64,000 nucleotides of DNA from an uncultured delta proteobacterium. Its GTDB lineage: Bacteria > Desulfobacterota > Desulfomonilia > UBA1062. This document shows positions 50,181-60,292 of the stretch, piece by piece. A program made the translations under genes and the position numbers. The stretch is from the NCBI GenBank assembly GCA_963785235.1, contig CAWAUM010000011.1, positions 233,724 through 297,723 of the forward strand, given 5' to 3'. Each line of letters begins with the position of its first letter. Position 1 is the stretch's first letter. Under the pieces are notes generated by a model that worked only from the letters and a program-made list of their open reading frames with translations, had not been told where the DNA came from and searched no databases.

Positions 50181-52331
50181 TTATTCTTTATGCGTAATGA
50201 TTCGTCTCCCAAGTGTCAGGGGGGATATGCCCGGTATAGTGGAGATGTCCTTGTTATATACAGCTCCTGTTGAAGATATGAATTTCATGACACCATTGTC
50301 CAGATCAATGGAAGGACCAAAAGCGCTGCCCATAAACATGGCCTCTGACTTTGTTTGCCTTCCAGTGAGGGAATCATACTCTTGAAACATGGATATGCCG
50401 GTGTCAATACCTCCGCAGGGAGAATCTTCTTTCCAGGTGCTTAAGAATAACCTGTTATCCATGATTGTCATGCCTGAGGGTGAGCCTCCTTCAAGGGAGA
50501 CAGACCAAACGATATTCTCTTTGGTATAGCATTCAAGGCGTTTATTACTTGCCACGATGAGGTGAAGCTCCTTTCGCCAATGGAACGGACGTATCTCCAT
50601 AATGGGATTATTGGCGGTGGTGTTTATGATGCCCAAGAGTTCGAGCCTGTTGTTAAAAAGATAGACAAGTCCGTCGGATGTCCCTGCAAAAACCCCAGCT
50701 GTGCACGGATCATAGCGCACGACATTAATGGTATGATTAACTTCGAATTGAGCCGTCCCTATGCCGTTTCCAAGATTGTACGCATATATCGTGGAGCCGT
50801 TACTGATATAGGCCATGGATTCGGATGCGTCGATAAAAGACCCTTTATGCTGCCAGATTATCTGAGGTCCCTGGCCTATACACGAAATGATGCCCAGTCT
50901 GTTCGGGCCTGTTATGACCCGTTCGCCTCTCAGTCGCACCTCGCCCCCTATACCTGTCATGAGCCACGTCAGGCTGCCTTCGGGCATGGTGACATTGAGG
51001 AGCTGATCGCGGGATGTAGTGCAGTACAGGTCTGTCTGTGTGGCTGCAAGGTCATGGGCAAGGCCATTCAGGGAATAACCCGGGCAGGATACCAGGCTTA
51101 AAGGACTGACGACACTCGGTCTGTAAAACCGGCATTTGTCGGTTTTGAGCCATGGCGGATCGAGCCGTGCACGGAGGTTTTTCAGTATCATGTCCTGGTC
51201 GTTACGAACCACTATAGGCTGGGTAACCAGCATCTGTTCAGGAACGAGTATCTCCCGTGCCGGCATATACTGACCCCCGCCCTTTATAGCAACACTTCTC
51301 AGATACGCCGTATCAGGGCCGATAATGTGGACATTGATGCCCAGAGACTTCGCATAGGATGAGACATCATCAAGGCAGTGAGAGCCTTCCCCTTCAAAGG
51401 CAGCATCTTTGGCGTTTCCATCATGATCAAAGTCCTTCAGCCAGGAGGGGAGATGGCCGTCGTTTATGGGAACACCTGCAGTAACCAGAATGATATGTTT
51501 GCCGGATACACACTGCGAAGGGAACAGGGTTGTTGCATTATAAAGTGCCTCCGATAAAGGGGCTGAGCCCGATGCCGGATGAACGCCGTCAAGGCCCTGA
51601 AGGATCTGCTGCCATTCAATGGTAAAAGTTTGGATCAGGCCTTGTGACGTGCTCATAAGGGACACTTCACACAGATCCAGTGATTCAAAGAGCGACTTTG
51701 CGTAGGAGAAGGACTTTGTCCACACTGACATTGCACCTGTCAGGCTGCCGAGTGCCGGGGCCCTTTGATATGAGTTGCCCCAGCTTCCCTTGAAATAGGT
51801 GCCCTCAGCGTTCGTGTAGGTGTCTTCAAACTCACAGATATCACTGATGTGGGTTATGCCGCCTGTGGCCCATTTTGAGTAGAGCGCATCGTCTAAGAAA
51901 TCTTGGCCGGATGATGTAATCGTGCTTAATGAATCATCGATGATAATTATGATATGTGGTCTCTGGGCAATCCGGGTGGTGCCTTGTGGGATATCCGCAC
52001 TCTGTTCCCTTAGTGCCACACACCAGGAATATGACTGCATGGCGCTGGTTGCATGTTCGGTGAGCCTGGTGGAAAAACATATATGGTCCCACCCTTCAGG
52101 CGCCACAAGCAGTTTATGGGTTGCGGATGGCATAGTCCCGTTTTGGGGAGCAAAGAGCTGATCTTTAATAATACGATAGAAGGCGTTGCTCGATTTCATA
52201 TGGTACAAGGTTATGGAAGCGGACGCCATGGTAAGCCCCAGGATCACGGTAAGGAGTAGGAGTACAAAGGCAAGGATAAAACCTTGCTCATTGGATGGGG
52301 GATGATAAAGAGAGTTCCTTCTCTGTTCCAT
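50181..52331 (-). CDS. PilY1-like candidate tip adhesin: PilX_N-type anchor + vWA domain + beta-propeller
   Basis: 716 aa. N-terminus EQGFILAFVLLLLTVILGL (PilX_N-like hydrophobic helix). vWA beta-1 with DxSxS (HIIIIIDDSLS), HIILVTAG, INVHIIGP. The C-terminal roughly 300 aa holds PQQ-like propeller repeats (STIYAYNLGNG, GLVYLFNN). Confidence 0.6.
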   Translation of the reverse strand: MEQRRNSLYHPPSNEQGFILAFVLLLLTVILGLTMASASITLYHMKSSNAFYRIIKDQLFAPQNGTMPSATHKLLVAPEGWDHICFSTRLTEHATSAMQSYSWCVALREQSADIPQGTTRIAQRPHIIIIIDDSLSTITSSGQDFLDDALYSKWATGGITHISDICEFEDTYTNAEGTYFKGSWGNSYQRAPALGSLTGAMSVWTKSFSYAKSLFESLDLCEVSLMSTSQGLIQTFTIEWQQILQGLDGVHPASGSAPLSEALYNATTLFPSQCVSGKHIILVTAGVPINDGHLPSWLKDFDHDGNAKDAAFEGEGSHCLDDVSSYAKSLGINVHIIGPDTAYLRSVAIKGGGQYMPAREILVPEQMLVTQPIVVRNDQDMILKNLRARLDPPWLKTDKCRFYRPSVVSPLSLVSCPGYSLNGLAHDLAATQTDLYCTTSRDQLLNVTMPEGSLTWLMTGIGGEVRLRGERVITGPNRLGIISCIGQGPQIIWQHKGSFIDASESMAYISNGSTIYAYNLGNGIGTAQFEVNHTINVVRYDPCTAGVFAGTSDGLVYLFNNRLELLGIINTTANNPIMEIRPFHWRKELHLIVASNKRLECYTKENIVWSVSLEGGSPSGMTIMDNRLFLSTWKEDSPCGGIDTGISMFQEYDSLTGRQTKSEAMFMGSAFGPSIDLDNGVMKFISSTGAVYNKDISTIPGISPLTLGRRIITHKE

Positions 52332-52980
52332 GGTATCTTGACCTCATGCGAATTGTCAGATCATTGCCTGAAATCGTTGGATGAAAGAGGACTACTGCCT
52401 CTGCAAGCAGTTGGTTGTTCCGGTAGAGGCCGTCTCCCTTCAGTTCATAGTGGATAGCCGGGACCGCCCTGTTGCCTTGTACAGGCATTATGGCGCATGT
52501 CAGAGGGAGGGTTTTTTTATCCAGGCCCCGTGAATAGTTGTGGCCTACAACACAGGGGCCGTTCTCGGTTATTATTCCAAGGTCGGCCCAGAAGTCTGCG
52601 CGGCCGTCATTGTCGATATCTACGGTATCGAGTATTGCAACCCTTTCAGCTGAGGAATTGATGAGTGCATAGTAAGGTGCCGGATTGGTCAAGGATATGC
52701 TGATACCGGGATTTTCAGATGTGACAGGCACCCCTGCAATAAAAAGCTGGCTGCCTTCAATCGCAATCTTAAGGTCCTGCGGGAGCAATAATGCACACTG
52801 AACGAGATCTGCATTCAGCTGGATAGAGGCCTGGCGGAGCGACTGCATGCAATACCATGCCTCTCTCATTTCTTTATGCGTAACAGCCGAAACCTGGTAG
52901 AATTGATAGAGAGCGAGAAAAAGTATTGATGAGCATGCAAGCGCTATAAGCAACTCCACCATGCCCACACCTCTTTCCAT
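52288..52980 (-). CDS. Minor pilin, PilW-like prepilin-type protein
   Basis: 230 aa. MERG/VGMVELLIALACSSILFLAL (Glu+5). First gene of the cluster, overlapping the next gene by 44 nt. Confidence 0.65.
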   Translation of the reverse strand: MERGVGMVELLIALACSSILFLALYQFYQVSAVTHKEMREAWYCMQSLRQASIQLNADLVQCALLLPQDLKIAIEGSQLFIAGVPVTSENPGISISLTNPAPYYALINSSAERVAILDTVDIDNDGRADFWADLGIITENGPCVVGHNYSRGLDKKTLPLTCAIMPVQGNRAVPAIHYELKGDGLYRNNQLLAEAVVLFHPTISGNDLTIRMRSRYHGTEKELSLSSPIQ

Positions 52981-53200
52981 TGTATGCCCCTTCCACTATA
53001 AAATATACTTATATGAAAGGAGGGATAATTCTTGGGAATAGAGATTAAACAAGAGAGAGCAGCAAGCTCAACAACAATACAATAAATACAGTTTAATATA
53101 ATACTATGAACCCGGTGCTTGTCAAGGGATGAAAGTACGCCTTAGGAAAATGACAATGGACAACCTTAAGAGATATTGATAATAATCGCACCAAAACAAG

Positions 53201-54855
53201 ATGGAGCGCATGCAGAGCAGGGGAAATATACTTATCGCGGTTATTGTGGTGATCGCCATTGCCATGACCCTGTTCCTGATTGTACCCCTTGGCGGTAAGG
53301 TGGGGCAGCTCAGGGAAGCCACCATCTCGTTCATCTTCCGGAAGCCCCCGCAGTTCACCTCCATGGAGGTCGATGTGGAGGGGGCCCGCAAGGTGGTAAG
53401 AGCGGGTGAGTCACTCAAGATCAAGGGTGGTGAGACCATCATCATCACCAAGGTCCATGCAAATACGTTCTTCGATTCATACCTGTCTGCTGATGTTGTA
53501 GGCTTCAGTAAACCAAACGACATGAATGAACCCATCGATACGGTGGAGATCCGCAATCAGCTCATAGCCGCCGGCATCAAATCGGTCCCCATTGATATTT
53601 TCTACCTCGACCGGAAGATCGCCAAGGTCCCCCTTGAGTTGGATCTGAATGAGCAGGACTTTATCAATCAGATAAGATCAGCCAAGAGTGATGAGGAAAA
53701 GATCTCCCTTTTGCGCTCCGCACATGCAACATTTCCGAAGAATATGTCCTTTCTGGATGAGCTTGATAAGCTCTTGAGTGCTAAAGAAGATTACCAGGCA
53801 CTGGTGGGGATCTATAAGGGGGTTGTGGAAGCCGATCCTGCGAATTTGGCGGCATACTTGAATCTCTCAGCATATTACATAAAGCTGAAGAACTACGATG
53901 AGGCCCTTGCCATGTGCCGGAAAATTATCGATGCGGGCAAGGCGGATGCGGTCATTTACCGCCGCATGGCCTATATCGCAGGCGAAAAGGGTGATCTTGA
54001 AAACCGTGTTGTATACCTGAAAAAGGCCCTTGAACTTGATAAACAAAACGAAGCCGTGGTTGTCGACCTGGCCAAGACCTATGAACAGGCAGGCATGAAA
54101 CAGCAGGCCCTTGATGTGTACCAGTCTGCTTCGGATATTGCCAAGGACAGGGATATCCTTATCCCTCTGATTCAAAATGCGATGAAAAAAGAAGATTATA
54201 AAAAGGCGCTCGATCTTCTGAAGCGCTACATTCAGCGCTACCCCAATGATAAGAATGCCACTTGCTCAGCTTGCCATGGTCATGGGCAAGCTGGGTGATA
54301 CAAAGGCGCAGGTTATATATTACCAGAAGGCGGCTGAACTTTCGCCTTCAGACAGCGTGATCTGGTATAACCTCGGTGTTGCCCGCGAAAAACTCGGCGA
54401 TAACAAGGGCGCCCTTGACGCCTATGACAAAGGTGCTCCAGATGAAGCAGGCAGATATGGATTCCATGCAGGCTGCGGCAGGCCTGTCTTTGAAACTGGG
54501 CCAGTACAAGGATGCATACGCGTATTATTCATCCCTGGCGAAAAAGACATCCAAGAAGGAACACCTTAAGGGACTTGTGAGCGCCGCTGTCGGATTGAAG
54601 GACCAGGACAAGGTTATCGAGGCCGGTACCTTGTTCCTCAAGAACAACAAGGACCATGACGTGGCCATGGCACTCGGGTATGCCTATGAGTCCAGGGCTT
54701 CTACACGTGAGCCCCGGGCAAAGCTGGATGACCTGAATAAGGCCTTGGAGGCATATCAGACAGCCCGTAAGGTCAATCCCGCATCCAGGATTGCAGGCGA
54801 GAAGATACCCGAGCTTAAGATTGAGATCCTTAAGCTCAGGAAGGCAAGGCAGTAA
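53201..54855 (+). CDS. Membrane-anchored TPR-repeat protein (two frame interruptions near 54255 and 54430)
   Basis: N-terminal TM helix (ILIAVIVVIAIAMTLFLIV), a roughly 130-aa unknown domain, then many TPR units continuing through track ORFs 53201-54298, 54246-54569 and 54376-54855. Divergent from the pilus cluster, in a position analogous to MshN/PilF-type TPR proteins. Confidence 0.65.
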
Positions 54856-54863
54856 GGCCGCGT

Positions 54864-55553
54864 GTGTATATGAGCCCTGGGAGTCAAACACACGTCATGG
54901 ATAGGACGTTTGCCATCGGAGACATCCATGGATGTCTCGATAAACTCGAAGACCTCATAAAGCTCATCGATCCTGGCCCGAAGGACAGCCTGATTTTTCT
55001 GGGTGATTACGTCGACCGGGGCGAATCCGCCTCAGAGGTGATCGATTACCTTATAGATCTTGCGCGCAGGGTGCCCTGTGTTTTTTTGCGGGGCAACCAT
55101 GAGGATATGTTTATCACCTTCTTGGAGTTCGGCTCGAATAAGACGATCTTTTTTGCCAATGGCGGCCTTAAGACCATCGAGTCCTACATCAAGCCCGAAC
55201 GTTTTACCGGCAATGACCAGGTGGCCCGAAGGTTGCCCGAGGCACATAGAGATTTTCTCTCAAATCTCAAGCTGTATCATGAGGATGACGGGTATATTTA
55301 TGTGCATGCAGGCATCAAGCCCGGCAATCCCATGATAGAGCAGGACAGGTATGACCTTCTCTGGATCAGGGACGAGTTCATCTTTTCGCCCACCGGCATG
55401 GAGAAGAAGGTGATCTTCGGGCATACACCCTTTGCCAGGCCCATGGTGAAACCGGATAAGATCGGGATAGATACCGGGGCGGTCTATGGCGGGGTTCTCA
55501 CGGCCATAGAGATCCCGGGCGAAACATTCATCCAGTCCTTCAGGCAGGCATAG
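54864..55553 (+). CDS. PPP-family metallophosphoesterase (PrpE/ApaH-like Ser/Thr phosphatase)
   Basis: Motifs GDIHG, GDYVDRG and GNHE. The likely start is MDRTFAIGDIHG, slightly inside the track ORF. Confidence 0.8.
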   Translation: MYMSPGSQTHVMDRTFAIGDIHGCLDKLEDLIKLIDPGPKDSLIFLGDYVDRGESASEVIDYLIDLARRVPCVFLRGNHEDMFITFLEFGSNKTIFFANGGLKTIESYIKPERFTGNDQVARRLPEAHRDFLSNLKLYHEDDGYIYVHAGIKPGNPMIEQDRYDLLWIRDEFIFSPTGMEKKVIFGHTPFARPMVKPDKIGIDTGAVYGGVLTAIEIPGETFIQSFRQA

Positions 55554-55577
55554 GCCTTATAAACGAGAATAACAGCC

Positions 55578-56237
55578 ATGTCCAAGGATTATTACCGGAT
55601 TCTGGAAATATCCAAGGATGCAACGTCTTTAGAGATCAAGAAGACCTACCGCAGGCTCGCCCTTCAATATCACCCTGATCGTAACCCCGATAGACCCGGC
55701 CTATAGAGCATTTCAAGGAGATCACCGAGGCATACGGGGTGCTTATCGACCCGGACAAGCGGCGGAAATATGACATGCAGCGTGAGATTCTCCTTCAACC
55801 GGGAGACGGTGTTCGAAGATATCTTATCCAAATCAGAGTTCCGGGACGTCTTCGATGATCTGCCCATACGAAAAGAATGGATTGACCGCATATTGAACGT
55901 GAGCAAGGTCTTTGCCTATGAGGCCTTTGTGGTGGGAGGCACGCCCAGTGCAATCCTGAGGCGGTCCATGGTGCGCCTGGCATCGCAGGGATTGAACAGG
56001 ATGTTCCATGCAGTCATGGACATGCACGAAAAGGTTGCCATCCCTTCAAGCATTGCCGTGCTCGGGGGATACATAACCCTGGAGTACAGGCCGGGCTTTG
56101 TGAAACACAAGATCCGTGTGAAAATACCCAGGAACACGCAGCAAGGCACAATGCTCAGGGTCCTGGGGATGGGCAGGTCAAGCCCGTCAAGAAAGGCAGG
56201 GGACCTCTATTTGCAGGTGGACATCGAATCGTTGTAA
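55578..56237 (+). CDS. J-domain (DnaJ/CbpA-like) protein (two frame interruptions near 55700 and 55790)
   Basis: ATG at 55578. [38 protein letters not shown], then [21 protein letters not shown] in a second frame. The C-terminal fragment (track ORF 55770-56237) ends [10 protein letters not shown], like the DnaJ C-terminal domain. Confidence 0.7.
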
Positions 56238-57151
56238 ATGACGATCTGGTTCTTGCCGTGCGTCTTGCCCCAGTACATGGCCGCATCCGCCATTTTGATG
56301 ACCTCGTGCGGATCGCTGGAATCCTTCGGCAGGCTGGAAAGGCCTATGGTGACGCTGACCTCAAGCGTTGATTCAACCGTGCTGCAGATACGCTCTGACA
56401 CCACCACGGCCTCTTCAATGGAGGTTTCGGGGAAGAGGATAATGAACTCCTCGCCGCCATAACGGGCAAGGATGTCGCAGTTTCTCGTGTTATGCTTGAA
56501 CACATGGGACAGGCGCACGAGCATTTCGTTGCCCTATTCATGCCCTTTGGCGTCGTTGTACTTCTTGAAATCGTCGATATCGATCATGGCCAGAGACATT
56601 GTCCTGTTGTACCGCAGGTGTCTCGAAACCTCGTTCTTGAGTACGCTCATGAGGTGCCGGAAATTGTACATGCCCGTGAGTTCGTCGGTGCGGGAGAGGT
56701 TCCGGTAGTAGTCAGCCAGTTCGGCCTCCTCTTTGAGCCTGACCTCTTCGAGGATCCTTTGGATGGTGAGGTGGAGGTGGTCGAGCAGAATCGGTTTGGT
56801 AATAAAATCCGAGGCGCCGAGCTTCATGCATTCCACTGCATCACGAATGGTGCCGTACCCGGTAATCATGACAGCCTGGATATCGGACCTGATCTTTTTG
56901 ATGGATTTCAATAACTCCGAACCTGTCATGCCCGGCAGGTGAAGATCCACAATGGCTATATGAAAGAGGTCTTTCTGGACGAATGCAATTGCCTGCTCCC
57001 CACTCATGGCGGTTGTTACATCAAAATCGTGCCCTAAAAGATACTCTTCAATAAGATCAAGGGTCTCCTGTTCATCATCCACAATCAGGACCCGAGTTGT
57101 TTTCTTCACAAGCGTGGCACCCATCGTATCAGCCGTTCTCCTTGTCCTCAC
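56207..57151 (-). CDS. Response regulator-diguanylate cyclase (REC-GGDEF) with an in-frame TAG at 56534-56536
   Basis: REC domain (IAIVDLHLPGMTG). GGDEF domain split as ...YNDAKGHE-TAG-GNEMLVRLSHV...RYGGEEFIILF. Both halves are in the same frame (track ORFs 56534-57151 and 56207-56524). Confidence 0.8.
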
Positions 57152-57348
57152 ATAATAATTCCATGAAGAGAACTTACAACTATCTTCATACTAACGGATA
57201 ATTGTCTACAATTCATGAGAGTTATTTTCGTTTACCGTCAGGGGGTGCTAGTATTAGCGAAATAATTTCAAGTAGGTGTCTCATGAGCTTTTATGTATAA
57301 CAGAATTCCCTCTAAAGATATTTTAAAAAAAGTCCGTTAAAGGGTGGG

Positions 57349-58156
57349 ATGCAACAGGCTTGTCTTATCAAGAAGATTGAACAGCATATTGAGAGTATTC
57401 CGACGCTTGAGTCCAGCCGGATGAGGCTCTTTAATGTGCTCCAGGAGGAAGAATCCTCCATAGAGGGTATTGAGCAGGTAATATCCAGTGATCCTGCCCT
57501 TGTAGCCAAAGTGATCAAGCTGGCGAATTCGTCGTTCTACCGTCATGCCGACAGGCATGTGGGAATCCAGCAGGCATTACGCACCATCGGTCTTGACATG
57601 GTGAAATGCATCGCATTGTCCATGGCCGTGATGGAGACCTTCGGCACCCAGACCCCTTCAATGAAGCAGCTCTGGAGGCATTCCTATGCAGTGGCTTATA
57701 TATCAGGACTGCTCGGGAATTCCAAAGCCGAGAAGGAGTGTCTCTTCACCGGGGGGCTTCTCCATGATATCGGCAGGATGATACTGATCTGCAGAGACAC
57801 CTGAACACTATCTTCCCCTTTGCGAATTCACCGGTAGCTGGCCCGATCTGGCATTAGAGCGCGATGTTTTCTCCATGGACCACACAATAATCGGCGAAAT
57901 GATCGCGAAGCGCTGGCATTTTCCGCCGGAAGTCATAGCGCTGATAAGGTATCATCATGAACCAATGAGCCGAGCAACCGCCCTTGTTTATCTGACGGAT
58001 CAGGTCGTCATGCAGCATGAGAGGGGTTTGATCACAGAAGATTTTGAGCAGGAGGTCGGAATCAGAAACCATCTTGGTGATGAGTATAAAGATCTTGTAA
58101 ATACTATTAGACAAAGGTATAGAACGAACACGGTTATATTTGAAAATTTGGGGTAA
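57349..58156 (+). CDS. HDOD-domain signalling protein (frame interrupted near 57800)
   Basis: IESIPTLESSRMRLFNVLQEE..IEQVISSDPALVAKVIKLANSSFY, then GGLLHDIGRM. Continues as EHYLPLCEF..DHTIIGEMIAKRWHFP in a second frame. Confidence 0.75.
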
Positions 58157-58164
58157 GGGGCATT

Positions 58165-60292
58165 GTGTTTGCCGTGAAGGAGCTGCATATTCTACGGGGC
58201 GAATCCACAGAGCTTACCTCGACTCGTGAAGCGATCCTGCTTGATCTCCTCAGCAAGGCCTCTGATTTCTATGAACAAACGGTAGGGGTACTTTCTTCCA
58301 TCTTCGAGATCACCGAATTCGTCTCTAAAGGCTCTCCGGAGAGCGATTTTTTCGCTTATGTAACAGGCGTGCTCATCGAGGAGTCAAGGTGTGAAAACGC
58401 CTCAATCTTCATGGTGGAGAACGGCATGGTAGTACTCAAGGCCGCTTCCGGTATAACAATAAACAATGCCAATCCTCATGTGAGCATGGCACTCGGAGAG
58501 GGTGTTGCCGGAACCTGTGCACAAGATGGAAAGACCATCTTAGTTCATGATGTACAAGACTGTGAATTTTTCAAAAAGATGGATTCCGCCAAGGTAACCA
58601 TTGGTTCCATGCTGTGCGTGCCCATTAAGGAAGGAAACCGGACGCTCGGCGTCATGAACCTGTCCCACTCATGCAAGGGCTTATTTCAATGTCCATTATG
58701 TCCGGGTGTTTGAGCTCATGGGCCTGCTCATCGGCCAGATGCTTACCCTGGTGCAGCTCTATGAAGTCTTCCATCGGAAAAATTCAGATTTGACTGAACT
58801 CTTAAGCGAAAGAGACGAATCTTTACGAAGCGTTACCGAGAGGTATAAGGCGGTTGTCGATATTTCCGAGGAGATGATATTCATTATCGACATGGCAGGC
58901 CGTGTCCTGTTTCTCAACAGGGCCCTGCAGTTACTCCTGACAAGGCCGCCAGTGACCATTTCGGATATCTTCGATGAGAGGTGCGTTTCCTTGATCCTTG
59001 AAACCGTTTCTCAGGCAGATACCGGACATTCCACCGAGTTTGATCTCAATGTGAAGGTGGGAGATAAGGCCGATGTCATCGCTCAGTTCTTTGTCAAGCA
59101 TATCGATACCGACCAGATTCTCGTAATTATGCGTGACATCACTGCCAAGAAGCGCATGGAGCAGAAGACCATGCAGACAGAGAAGCTCACCTCGCTCGGG
59201 CTTCTTACCTCCGGGATAGCCCATGAGCTCAACAACAAGCTCACGCCTATCCTGGGATTTGCCGACCTCATGGACCCGGATCATCTGACCCCTCAGGACA
59301 AAAAGAGGCTTTCCATCATCATCAACTCGGCCTCGGCCGCCAAGGGCATTGTGGAATCCCTGCTCAAGTTTTCCCGGAACAAACCCCCGGAGAAGAACAT
59401 CTTCGACATGCGTGATGTTATCAAGAGGACTATGAACCTCTATAGCCCCATCATCAAGAAGCGCGGTATAGAAATCATCAACGAGGATCCTGAAGAGCCG
59501 CTGTACATTAAGGCAGACATGAATTGCATGGAGCAGGTGCTCGTGAACTTCATCAACAATTCCATCGATGCCATTGATGAGCACCCCGGCACCATCTGGA
59601 TCAGGTCGTTCATCAATGATGAATTTGTAAATGTCACTATTGAGGATACTGGTCCAGGCATTGCTGAAGGCGTCAAGACAAAGATATTTGATCCGTTTTT
59701 CACCACCAAGCCGAAGGACAAGGGAACAGGACTCGGGCTTTCCATATGCTACGGGATCATTTCCGACCACAAGGGCGAGGTGTTCATTGAAAATACAAGC
59801 AATGGCGCCATGGCGACCATGAAGATCCCTGCCATCATGGATATGGACGCCAAAGACAGGGATGCTGTCATAGATGATGAGCCCGCCTGCACGCCCTCTG
59901 ACAGCCGGAAGAGGCAGAGCCTGATCATGGTGGTGGAGGACGAGGCGGATCTCCTTGACCTCATGGTGGACACCTTGAGCCCGCACTACAAGGTCATCAC
60001 CTTCGAGAACGGCAGGAAGGCCTGTGATAACATCGAAGAGTATGCCTGGGAACTCATCATATCCGACCTGAGGATGCCGGTGATGAACGGCATGGAATTC
60101 TACCACGAGGCGATAAAGAAGAACCCGGGTTTAAAAAAGAGGTTCTTGTTCATTACCGGTGATACCTATGACTTCCAGGTTAAGGAATTTCTTGAGACCA
60201 CCGGTGTAACATTCCTGAGGAAGCCTTTCAGGATCAAGGAGTTGAGGGAATCCGTGCACAAGCACCTGCAATTGAGGATGATTAAGGAATGA
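58165..60292 (+). CDS. Hybrid sensor histidine kinase GAF-PAS-HisKA-HATPase-REC (frame interrupted near 58690)
   Basis: GAF domain (GEGVAGTCAQDGKTILVHDV), H-box SGIAHELNNKLTPILGF, N-box NFINNSIDAI, G-boxes EDTGPGI and GTGLGLS. C-terminal REC (LIISDLRMPVMNG). Confidence 0.85.

Noticed and set aside
56534-56536. Amber codon in the GGDEF gene read as possible pyrrolysine or other stop-codon recoding.
   Set aside because: It is a single occurrence. No pyl genes or PYLIS-like context are visible in the window. Other genes in the window end at TAG normally (for example pilP at 522-524 and the BFN gene at 14522-14524). Given the many other assembly errors, a base error or a simple nonsense mutation is more parsimonious.
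58931-60106. 391-aa ORF antisense to the hybrid histidine kinase. Similar long antisense ORFs occur at 15249-15971, 17429-18139, 32673-33419, 33776-34318, 37347-37856 and 46171-46848.
   Set aside because: All lie exactly opposite strongly supported genes. Their compositions are low-complexity and rich in Leu, Val, Asp, His and Gly, as is typical of shadow frames, and none carries a recognisable motif. I treat them as non-coding shadows.
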